Source: Chiloscyllium plagiosum | Lineage: Eukaryota | Assembly: GCF_004010195.1 (NCBI RefSeq) | Contig: NC_057718.1 | Location: 15,762,789-15,808,541 of the forward strand | Direction: 5' to 3' | Length of the DNA: 45,753 nt | Part shown: one piece after another, positions 11,379-21,788 of the stretch | How the letters are laid out: each line of letters opens with the position of its first letter | How positions within the stretch are numbered: position 1 is the first letter of the stretch | Notes under the pieces: model-generated | Databases searched by the model: none | The model's input: only the letters and a program-made list of their open reading frames with translations | What the model was told of the DNA's origin: nothing | Position numbers and translations under genes: made by a program

Positions 11379-12914
11379 ACGGAGATTCCTTGAGGAAGAA
11401 TTCAAGGAATGTATAGGGGACAATTTCCTGGAAGAATATGTTGTAGATTCAAAACGGGACCAAGCTAATTTGAATCTGGTAATTTTGAGGCAGTTTTAAT
11501 AAGTAATCTTAGAGTAAAAGATATCCTAGAAAAGAGACCATAACATTGTTGGATTTGGTAATCATTTTTAGAATAAGAACCTGGGTCAGAAACAACGTGG
11601 TAAACTTAATTAAAGGTCATTGCAAAACAGTGAAGGTAGAGTTGGCTACAGGGACAAAGTTTGTCTCCTCTCCTCTGTTCAGTGCTGCAAAAGACTTGTC
11701 AGAATGGAAGTATGGCTCTGCATTTCTGAATCTCCTGCAGACATTCTTTGATGTATAAAACAGAAGGAGCTGAAATGGAAATCTGTATGTGATTGCCATT
11801 CATTCGAAAATCTGACCCTTTATGTCAACAGAGTCATGGAACAAAATGCAAAGGAAGTGGTAATGACTGTTATGAAAAAATGTATTTGTCCAGAGCTGGT
11901 GCAAATGACAAAATAATGAACAGTCCAGAAGCAAAAACATTAAAAATCAAAATTCAGCATGGCATATGGCGAAAGAAACAGAGTGAAAGTAGTGGACTGA
12001 GTTCATGGTCTGAATTTGTTGAACTCAGTGTTGAAGGCTGTAAAGTGCTTCAGCAGAAGATGCGGTGCTCTTCTTCATTTAGCTTAGCTGAATACCGCTG
12101 CAGACTGAGAACAGCTGTAGCAATTCTATGCAAGTGGCATTCCTGGCAGGTCATCCAGGATTCTCTGTTGTTTAATTCTCCTTCCTTGAGAATGCTTTGG
12201 AGAGAGGTTCTGCATTCGTCCTCTGTGCTTTGCTGCAATGTAATCTGTAATGGTCTGAAAACATTTTCCATTTGAATGCAACATCAAGGCAACATCAGCA
12301 CCATGGCTCAAGGCAACATTTTCCAATAAGGAGGTCTTCTCTACTTCCCTCCCTGATCTTCTCATTCCTCTATGTCCTCCTCATACTTTCGATCTGGTGC
12401 GTATTAAGGTTGGGCACTGGAAGCAGAAAATCTTGCAAATTCTGTTCTGGGAATACAGTCTCTGATTGCCCTGCCTTTCATTTGATAACATTCAGAGTGG
12501 CAAATATAAAGACTAACTAAGGTACTGAATGAACATGAACTACCATAAAGATAATCGGCAGTTAATCTTTTGGGGAAACAAGGAGAAATTCTTTTACGCA
12601 GCAAGTTTTTATCATCTGCAATGCACTGCCTCACAATGTGATGCAAGAAGATTCAATAATAATTTTAAAGAGAAATTTGGATAAAAAGAGAAAACACTGC
12701 AGTGATATGGGGAACAATCAGGAAGAGTGGAACTAACAAAATCAATGTAAGCAAAAGATTTTGACCGAGGACATCAATTATTAAACACTGCTACCAGAAG
12801 GTAGACAGAAGTGTGTAGTTTTAGCTGCTATTCTGTTCATTTGTTCATCAATTTTCTCTCACCTTCCCTGCCTTTTCACCTTCCAGTCACCCAACATGTC
12901 ACCTCTTGTTTCTT

Positions 12915-13259
12915 CCCTCTGGCGTACTTTGACAGCTTTTTTCCTTTTTTTCCTCATCTTCCTGGCGTAACAGGGAGGCTGGAGTGGTGTCGGTGATGAT
13001 TCCTGGCTCGGAGATCCAATGCGTGGACTCCTGGAGTGGTGGTGGGTGTCGGCTGCAGTGATGAGGGAGTGGGGACCTTGCTGCAGTCCTGGAGCCATTT
13101 TTGGGAGCATGGCCGATGAAATTGAACTTCATTTAAGTACTTTCGTTTTATTCTTTTCTTACTCAAAATGGTGCCAGACTGTGGTGACAGAAGACCTTTC
13201 ACTGTATCTCCCTAGATGTGTGTGACAATGAATAAATTATTCATTCATTCATTCATTCA
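12915..13259 (+). mobile_element. Non-autonomous retroposon with an L2/Rex-Babar-type 3' tail
   Basis: GC-richer body ending cctttcactgtatctcc...gtgacaatgaataaa followed by (ATTC)n. Confidence 0.5.
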
Positions 13260-14984
13260 CTATCTCTAAGGCCTGAATCTTTCACTATTTTCCTGGTGTC
13301 CCAGTCTTGAATATCTTGAATAAATTCTCCATAGCTCATATTGCCCATTGAGACTGCTGTTACTCGGCCAAATGCGAACTTATTCATCCACTGGGGACTA
13401 ACCTCAGTGTCATTTCCTTCTACTCATCTCATCCACCATTATTGCCTTGGAAAATGCAAGTGGACTCATATCACTATCCAGCTCTGCATTTGCCTTTAGA
13501 GTTCCCTTTTACAAGAACCTTGCTGTACAGGATCACATTGTTTACAAAACTTCACGCAATGCACATAAAAGGTCACACCATTTTACATGCCTTGTACTAA
13601 ATGTACCTGATATTATCTTAGATCGGAAATGGTGTATCCGCAAAATTATTAAGTATAGGTGATATCCACCTCCACACACACTACCTTGATCTCTTCTCAT
13701 CCTGAATTAACTAATGATATGACAGTACAATTCCAAAGCTGTTGATCCTTCACCAATGTTTCATACTACATTTTGTGTGTGAAATACTCTGTGTTGACAT
13801 TTTTTGACAATAGGAACATTACAGATAAGACTGGAAATGAAAAATTTAACCCATCTGGTCTATGCTTTGCAAAAGCATACTCTTTGCATCCTGAATAATA
13901 AAAACGAAAGAACTGCACACGCTATAAATCAGAAGCAAAAACAGAAATTACTGGAAAAGCCCAGGTCTGGCAGCATCTGCGGAGAGAAAACAGAGTTAAC
14001 ATTTCAGGCTGAGTGACCCTTGCTCAAAATTGTTTGCATGGAGTAAAGTCATAAATGGTGATATATAAATACAAATTTTTCTTTCAAACTTATAGACCAA
14101 GGCTTGAACCTGGGCATCTTTCTTTGTCTTTTTCAGAATGGCACCACTGGGAAAATCATAACTTAACCCATTTGTCTGGACATTGATATATTTCTGCAAA
14201 CTGCTAGTCAATGTTTCTAAGGTATAAAATCAGTGTTTCACATGACCCTAAATGTTTCTCTCCCAGCAAAAATAGTTGGAAAAAGCTTTGGGGAGAATGG
14301 GATATAAATTTTTTCCTCATTTTATAAAATCTCATTTTGCAGCCCTCGCTGCCTGGTTTGGATTTGATACGATAATTATCACTGGTTTTCAGGCACCTCA
14401 CCCAATAAGCTATTAATGTTACGCAAAACTTTAGGAAACTTTATTAAGTGTAAACACACAGTACATGTTTGGCCATGTCAAGTTCTTGCTTTCATCCATC
14501 AGTGTGTCTTCTATAACAAGACAGTTCACTTCAAATTATGCCCTTTTCTAAAAACAGTGTCATTAAAACAAAGCACAAAGTGTTCCTATGGAGTTCTACT
14601 GAGTCACTGATTATCTAATTTTTGGCTGCTGATTACATTATTAATTTATGTTTAAAACAGACAGTTAATGCTTAAGGAAGCATTAACTTCAAGAAGATAA
14701 AGCTGTCTGGGCTTGACAACAAGTTTCAGGGAAATACTCAAAATTAGCTATTAATACATCCAAAGCGTCTCATAGAGATGTACAGCACCGAAACAGACCC
14801 CTCAGTCCAACTTGTCCATGCCGACCATACATCCTAAATAAATCTAGTCCCATTTGCCAGTATTTGGCCCATATCCCTCTAAACCCTTCCTATTCGTATA
14901 CCCATCCAGCTTAAAGTACTTGATTGACTGTCAAATGTTTTGAAATGCTCTAGGATTGTGATCGGTTCTACGCCATACAATGGC

Positions 14985-15385
14985 TACAGTGTGGAAACAG
15001 GCCATTTGGCCCATCAAGTCCACACTGACCCTCTAAAGATTATCACACCCAGACCAACGCCATCCACATAACCCTGCAATTCCCATGGCTAACCACCTAC
15101 CCTGCACATCCCTGAATACTATGGGCAATTTAGCATCGTCAATCCACCTAACCTGCACATCTTTGGATTATGGGAGGAAACTAGAGTACGCGAAGGAAAC
15201 ATGCAGACACGGGGAGAAGATCCAAACTCCACACAAACTCCTGGATCCCTCATGCTGTTCAATTTCACCCACGGGCTGTGTGGAGTTTGCACATTCTCCC
15301 TGCATCTGCGTGGGTTTCCTCCAGGTGCACCAGTTTCCTCCCACTGTCAAAAGATGTGCAGGTTAAGTAGATTGGCTATGCTGCT
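14985..15385. mobile_element. Two tRNA-SINE fragments in opposite orientations
   Basis: Homologous to 19363-19699 and 43186-43490 (tgtgtggagtttgcacattctcc core). Confidence 0.75.
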
Positions 15386-15704
15386 GGTAAACTGTAAAAT
15401 AGGGAGGTTGACTATTGTCTGCAATTTTAGACATGCATGACTTGAAATGTTTGGGGGAATCTCTGTTAAAGCTTACTGAAGAAGCACATGACAGGCTAAT
15501 AATAACATTATACTGGGTTGTTCCTGAAGTTTTACTAAAGGTGTTTTGAGAGATCAGGAGAATTTGTGTGGAGGTCCAGCACCTTACAGACTAATGTCTA
15601 ACCATTGGATTAATTACAAACTTAAAAAAAAATAGATTTTTGTCTGGCAACGGTATGAAGGTTTATGGAACTGAGATAGATGAATAGATTGAGTTTTAAA
15701 TCAG

Positions 15705-17830
15705 GACGGGGAGAAGTCAATGCACCGGGTGTAACCCTTCTTCAGGACTGGGGTTGGGTGTAAGGGGGTGGGGGAGGGTTTAGGTTGGGGAGAGGGGCAG
15801 AGTGGTGAGGTAAAGACAAGTGAACACAGATAGAGGGTACGGCATGGTGGTCAATGGGAGGAATGAATCCGATTGGTAGCTGGAAGGAAGGGTCNNNNNN
15901 NNNNNNNNNNNGGAAAGGGAGTTGGGGAAGGGAGGTTATTTGAAATTGGAGAACTCAATGTTGAGTCTCTGGTCTGTCAGCTGCCCAGGTGGAAGTAGAG
16001 ATGTTGTTCCTCCAAGTTACAATCTGATTTGCTGTGGCAATGGAGAAGATCAAGGATGGTCATGTCAGAAAGGGAGTGGGAGGGGGATTTGAAATGGGCA
16101 GTGAGTGGGAGGTCAGGTCAGCCCCTGCAGGCCCAGCCGAGACGCTTGGCGAAATGTGCCCTGAGTTTATGTTTGGTCTCACCGATGTAGAGAAGACCAC
16201 ATCGGGAGCACCGGATACAGTAAACTAGGTTGAAGGAGAGGCTGGTGAACCTCTCTCTGACCTGGAAGGATTGTTTGTGGCCCTAGATGGAACTGAAAGA
16301 GGTGGTGTGCTGGCAGGTTTTGCATCTTTTAGAGTTGCAGAGGAATGTGCTGGGGGTTGGGGGACTTGGTGGGGAGAGTGGCGCAAACCAAGGATTGGTG
16401 AAGGGAACGGTCCTTGTGGAAGGCAGAGAGGGGTGGGGAGAGGAATATGTTCTTGGTGGTGGGGTCTAGTTGGAGTTAGTGAAAGTGTTTAAGGATGATG
16501 CATTGGTTGCAGAGAGTGGTGGAGTGGTAGGCAAGGACAAGGGGGATCCTGTTTTCATTGCGTTTGGTGTGGTGGAGGGGGGTTTAAGAGCAGTGGAACA
16601 GGGAATGGAGGAGGTGTGGTGGAGGGCTGTCTGGATGACGGAGTAGTGGGGGAAGCACTTGTTCAAAATAGATGGACATCTGGGATGCTTGGGAGTGGAA
16701 TCTTCTCATTTGAGCATGTGAGACAGAGACGGAGGAATTGGGAAAACGGGATGGAGTACTTGCAGGGAGAAAATGAGGACTGCAGATGCTAAAGATCAGA
16801 GTCAAAAAGTGGAAAAACTGGAAAAGCACAGCCAGTCAGGCAGCATTCGAGGAGCAGGAGACTCAATGTTTCGAGCATAGGAACATTCCTGATGAAGAGC
16901 CTGATGAAGGGTTTATGCCCGAAACGTTGACTCTTCTGCTCCTCGGATGCTGCCTCGCTGGCTATGCTTTTCCAGCACTACACTGGAGTTCTTGCAGGAT
17001 ACTGCAGGTGTAGTCCAGGTAGTTATGGGAGTTTGGGTTTATAGTAAACGTCCTTGTGTAGACTGTCACAGGAATGGAAATGAAGAGGTCAAGAAGGGGA
17101 GAGAGGTGCCCGAGATGGACCAAGTGAATTTGAGGGCAGGATGGAAGTTGTGGGCGAAGTCGATGAACTACTCCAGTTCAGCCCGGATGCAGGATGCTGC
17201 ACCGACAGTCATCGATGTAATGGCGGCCAAGAGTTAGAGCACAGTGCCTGTGTAGGTACTGAAGAGGGACTGTTCAATGTAGCCAACAAAGAGGCAGGCG
17301 TAGCGACTGCCCAACTAAATGCCCAAGGTCAACCCCTGGATTTGGAAGAAATGGGAAGAATTGAAAGAAAAATTATTAATGGTGAAGACTAGTTCAGCGA
17401 GGTGGGGGAGGGTATTGGTGGAGGAGGACTGAATGGGTCTGTTGGAGAGGAAGAAGCTGAGGGCCTGAAGGCCATCCTTGTAGGGTATGGACATGTATAA
17501 GGATTGCACGTCCACAGTGAAGATAAAGTGCTGGGGTCCGGGGAACTGGAAGTTACTGAAGAGGTGTAGGATGTAGTTAGTGTCGCAGATGTAGGTGGGA
17601 AGTGTCAGACACTAATCCGTGACACACCCAGGCTGAACTGGAGACTTCACCCACAGCTTCCACCGCACCCTTAAATTCACTTGGTCTATCTCGGACACCT
17701 CCCTCCCTTTCTTGACCTCTTTGTTTCCATCTCCAGCGTCAGTCTACTGATGGACGTTTACTGTAAACCACAGAATCTCATAACTACCTGGACTACACCT
17801 CCTCCCACCCAGACAACTGTTCCATACAGT
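15705..17830 (-). mobile_element. Degraded Penelope-like element with RT remnants, an internal palindromic insert and a 5' inversion
   Basis: ORF 17315-17515 (MDVQSLYMSIP..DGL.AL...LAELVFTINNFSFNSSHFFQIQG) is Penelope RT. Nested palindromic element at about 16770-16983. Orientation flips near 17610. Confidence 0.8.
15895..15911. other. Small assembly gap (17 N)
   Basis: N run within the G-rich Penelope tract. Confidence 0.99.
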
Positions 17831-17899
17831 TCTTCCTTCAAACACACTGAGCACCCAATCACATAAACAATGCATTAGTGCAAAAGAGGAAAAGGGTAC

Positions 17900-18414
17900 T
17901 GTCATCCCGTTCCCAGCTCAGTAGAAGCAAAACGCTCAGAGACGCAGTATAGTTTTACCTCCTTCATCTTTATTCCGGGCCCTGGAGGGAGAGAGAACAA
18001 TCGCCCATGTGCACAGAGACCTGAGATCTCGGTCTTCTCTTGAACAGCAAGTTCTTAATGAATTATATAATCATCCAGTGCAGCATTCGGATTAGGCAAC
18101 ATTCATATTGATTGAGTAACCATTACAATCAGCAAGTGTCAATAGTAGAGATTAAGCCATCTGGTGTTATATCTTAACTAGCTTCACATAATGAATGCTT
18201 TTCACCTTGTTAACCGACTTTGCATAATGAATACCTTTTCACCTTATTAACTTGCTTTACATAATGAATGCTTTTTCACCTCGTTAACCCACTACCCTTG
18301 CCTCCAGCACCTCATTGTTTACTGCAAGTTCTTATCTGGTCAAAGTCATGCTAGCTGAGCCTTTTGTCAAGCAACCCTAAACTTAACTCTTTCCGTACCT
18401 TATGCACCTTTTGA
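17900..18414 (-). repeat. 3' LTR
   Basis: Minus strand begins TCAAAAGG (TG mutated) right after the PPT and ends GGATGACA. TATATAA at 18063-18069 and AATAAA at 17969-17974 on the minus strand. Three ~37-bp U3 repeats. Confidence 0.9.
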
Positions 18415-18426
18415 TTCCCTCCTTTT
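18415..18426 (-). promoter_or_regulatory. Polypurine tract
   Basis: AAAAGGAGGGAA directly abutting the 3' LTR on the minus strand. Confidence 0.85.
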
Positions 18427-18793
18427 ATCATGTCATGATAATCACCTAGGTGGCACTACCTGCTTTCATAAGACTCTGACAGCCAGTATTTAAGTAAGTT
18501 ATTGACACACTGCATTCAATGATTATAACAACAAAAATTACTAGTCTGTTACAATAAATAGAGTTTGAAAAATCCTTCCACGTGGAAAAAATTCACCAAT
18601 GAAGTTCTTAAATCCACAGTCCTTAGTGACCTGTCCACCCTCTCCAAGTCAAGTGGAAATGAGCCCTCCGCCCCCTCCCCCCAGTTCTCCAAAATCTCCT
18701 TCAGTAAAGTCCAAACTGAAAACAAAATCTAGCCTGTCCTTGCACACCACTCCGTGGAGAAATCCAAATTCTTGGGTAAGGACAGTTAAATAC

Positions 18794-19100
18794 TTAACAG
18801 AGCTGAAGAGACTTCCATCCTTGTAGAGATGCGCCAGATGAAGAATACATCTGAGCGTGCAGCGCCGCAGCTGCAGCAGCAGGCTAGGTGAACACAGCAT
18901 TCTTTGCTGCTTCTGCTATTAAATGTAACAAAGCCAACTGGCTGTTGTGATGTTACTTTGATCAGTGAACCATCATATCCCTTACATGATCGAAAGACAA
19001 GGTAAAGCTCACATGGTTTAATGTCCATAGAAAGGCCACTGACAAAAAGCATCCCGACCTTCTCTTTGCCATTGATAGCTTCTTCACTTTTCAAGCTCAT
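18794..19100 (-). pseudogene. RBPMS2: Processed, internally deleted RBPMS2 (RBPMS/Hermes family RRM protein) retrocopy inside the ERV
   Basis: [61 protein letters not shown], then a frameshift to AEAAKNA, then directly [32 protein letters not shown]. These match the RBPMS2 N-terminal RRM and C-terminus ([15 protein letters not shown]). No introns. Probable 3' UTR extends to about 18545. Confidence 0.9.
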
Positions 19101-19129
19101 GACTGGGAAGCTAATTGAATCTGTTGGAT

Positions 19130-19283
19130 CAGGTTGTGGAGGGGCAGGCCATGGTCCGAAGGCATGCTTTACCTGTGAATGGAGAAACTCTAGAGAAGAT
19201 GTTAGCTGCTGAAAGTATCTTTGCATTTCCTCTCTCATTCCTTCATTACCAAGGTGGATATCAGTATGGAGACAGTCACACAT
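19130..19283 (-). pseudogene. Probable retroviral integrase C-terminal remnant
   Basis: [34 protein letters not shown] resembles the helical linker (Y..QL...L..LHSQV..A.P.P) preceding the integrase C-terminal domain of class I ERVs. It contains a splice-acceptor-like tttctccattcacag. Recognised by eye only. Confidence 0.5.
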
Positions 19284-19362
19284 TTAACTACACTAAATTG
19301 TGTCTGATTATTTTAACATTCTTTGAATTTTTGAAGTCCATCACTATTTATGACATTATCAA

Positions 19363-19699
19363 GATTAGATTAGATTAGATTAGATTAGATTAGATTACAG
19401 TGTGGAAACAGGCCCTTCGGCCCAACAAGTCCACACCGACCCGCCAAAGCGCAACCCACCCAGACCCACTCCCCCACATTTATCCCTTCACCAAACACTA
19501 CAGGCAATTTAGCATGGCCAATTCACCTGACCTGCACATTTTTGCATTGTGGGAGGAAATCGGAGCACCCGGAGGAAACCCACGCAGACACGGGGAGAAT
19601 GTGCAAACTCCACACAGAGAGTCGCCTGAGGCGGGAATTGAACCCGGGTCTCAGGCGCTGTGAGGCTGCAGTGCTAACCACTGTGCCACCATGCCGCCC
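19363..19699 (-). mobile_element. tRNA-derived SINE (HE1-like) inserted in the ERV
   Basis: Minus-strand head GGGCGGCATGGTGGCACAGTGGTTAGCACTGC (A box) and GGGTTCAATTCC (B box), with a (TAGAT)n tail at 19363-19396. Confidence 0.85.
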
Positions 19700-20582
19700 A
19701 CCTCACAATCCATAAACTTCTAAACTGTACTGCCTAAACAATTCAGTCAATTATAAACAACAACGATCCTAAAATCAAACCCTCGTGGGACGCCATTCAG
19801 GTTATTCAAAAATTATTTTTCTTTAACAAATTGAGACTTGGTAATGTGAAAGCTGTCAGGAAAGGTATTTCAAAAGTCTGGAACAGCAAGAAAACAACAA
19901 AATGTCTCCTGTGCTTTAGCAACTGAAGAGGCAGTTTCAGTTCAGATTTAAATCTCAAATATTTGTGGGAAACAAATGCTGAATATTTTAAAATATTGTT
20001 CTCCAAATGAAACTTCCCAAATAAAACAGTTGGAATTACAATGGCAACTTTGGCAGAGATCAACATTCTTTGAATTTGCAATATGAAGGCGGCCAATGAA
20101 GTCTTAACAATAATTAACAGAACTGAAACAGCTCAGCCTCAAGTTCTAATATTCTCCAAAATCTTAAGACATCAAACTCAAAATTTACTCTTCTTTTTGT
20201 GAACACTCTGCATTAAAAGCACACAGCAAAGATATTTTAATACAATACTCTCATCTGGTTAAAGCATTACCACTGACCCAACTGTTTTTTAAACACACAT
20301 TGTAGAACTTCAAACACATCAGGGGCTCAAGGCTCGTAGTCAATTTGTTTTAAGGTTACAAGTTTGATCATTTTAAAAAGGACCTTTACAGTTTCAATGT
20401 AAAAACAAAATCTGTTCCATTACATTACCCACAAAACACACTGAATTGAGATCCCAATTCAAACAAGACAAACCAGACCACATGGTGCTACACATGGTGC
20501 TTCCCCCAGAACAAAGGCTCACAGAGCCTCAAATTTCACCATCAGGGGAACTTTAACCCCTTTCTCACTTTACTTCTCAAGG

Positions 20583-20991
20583 GGGCTCGAACCCCAATCA
20601 AACACAGAGGACTCGAATCTCAATTAAACACAGAGGACTCAAATCTCAATTAAACACAGAGGACTCAAATCCCACGATAGTGCAGAGGACTCGAACCTCA
20701 ATAAAATCCAGGGGACTTGAACCCCGATACAGCGTGGAGGACTTAAACCTCAATAAAACCCAGGGGACTCAAACCACAATACAGCGCAGAGGACTTGAAT
20801 CTCAAATTAACCCACCCAGGGACTCGAACCCCAATACAATGCGGAAGACTCAAACCTCAATTTAACCCACCCAGAAACTCGAACCTCAATTTAATCCAGG
20901 GGACTCGAACCCCAATACAGCACAAAGGACCCAAACCTCAATTAAACCCAGGGGACTTGAACCCCAATACAGCACAGAGGACTTGAAACTC
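20583..20991. repeat. Minisatellite of about 15 units of 26-29 bp in the ERV leader
   Basis: Core GGACTYRAACCYCAAT is repeated, mostly alternating between two unit types (...ctcaattaaacccagg and ...cccaatacagcgcaga). Confidence 0.9.
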
Positions 20992-21220
20992 TGTCAGCGC
21001 GCTTGCAAAACTGTGTCTCTCGAATGAACCAATTACCATTTAGATGTCCCCCTCGAGGAGTACATAGAATAGAGTGCAATCAAGGGAGGGGACTGTTTCC
21101 GGTACACAGGAATATTGAGAGGGACCAAGGTTTAAAATCTTACCTTGTGGGCCCATCTGTCTTGAGACATGGATGCTCCAGGCGATCGCTGACACTATCC
21201 GATAGTAGGTATTCGTTTGG

Positions 21221-21238
21221 ATCCCGCTGACTACGCCA
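21221..21238 (-). promoter_or_regulatory. Primer-binding site complementary to tRNA-Ser
   Basis: TGGCGTAGTCAGCGGGAT, a 16/18 match to the complement of the vertebrate tRNA-Ser 3' end (...ATCCTGCCGACTACGCCA). Confidence 0.85.
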
Positions 21239-21242
21239 ATAT

Positions 21243-21788
21243 TGTCATCCTGTTCCTGTCTCAGTTGAAGCAAAATACTCAGAGACATGGTATGGTTTTA
21301 CCTCCTTCATCTTTACTCCGGGCGCTGGAGGGAAAGAGAACGATCACCCATGAGCACAGAGACATGAGTTCTTGGTCTTCTCTCGACCAGCAGATTCTTA
21401 GTGAATGATATAGTCACTTACAGGGAGCAGCATCCGGATAAGGCAACATTCATACTGATTGGGTGACTGTTACAATCAGCAAGTGTCAATAGTAGAGATT
21501 GAGCCATCTGGTGTTATACAATGAATGTTCTGAACCTTAACTGACTTCACATAATGAATGCTTTTCACCTTGTTTAACTGATTTTACATAATGAATGCTT
21601 TTTCACCTTGTTAACTTGCTTTACCTAATGAATGCTTTTTTACCTCATTAACCCACTACCCTTGCCTCCAGCACCTCATTGTTTACTGCAAGTTCTTATC
21701 TGGTCAAAGTCTTGCTAGCTGAGCCTTTTATCAAGCAACCCTAAATTTAACTCTTTCCCTACCTGCTCATACCTAATACACTTTCTCA
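21243..21788 (-). repeat. 5' LTR
   Basis: Minus strand begins TGAGAAAG and ends GGATGACA. The PBS follows after 4 nt. Homologous to 17900-18414. Contains ~37-bp U3 tandem repeats (cacataatgaatgcttttcaccttgttaac). Confidence 0.9.

Larger units (their letters stand above)
17900..21788 (-). mobile_element. Full-length non-autonomous LTR retroelement / ERV provirus carrying a captured RBPMS2 cDNA
   Basis: Two homologous ~0.5-kb direct repeats, a 4-bp TSD GTAC at 17896-17899 and 21789-21792, a tRNA-Ser PBS and a PPT. No intact gag/pol/env. Confidence 0.9.

Noticed and set aside
11793..12520. Cluster of overlapping 70-160 aa ORFs
   Set aside because: Partly a Penelope fragment (about 12000-12110). 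The remainder has no recognisable homology.
18786..19283. 165-aa ORF as a functional RBPMS2 retrogene
   Set aside because: It frameshifts within the RRM, has a large internal deletion, an in-frame stop in the C-terminal frame, and substitutions at conserved RRM positions. Called a pseudogene.
19700..20580. gag/pol coding remnants in the ERV interior
   Set aside because: AT-rich sequence with no recognisable MHR, zinc knuckle, protease or RT motif in any frame.
20583..20991. CRISPR-like array or tRNA gene cluster
   Set aside because: Vertebrate context. The spacers are themselves repeated, and there is no cloverleaf or A-box partner, so it is a minisatellite.
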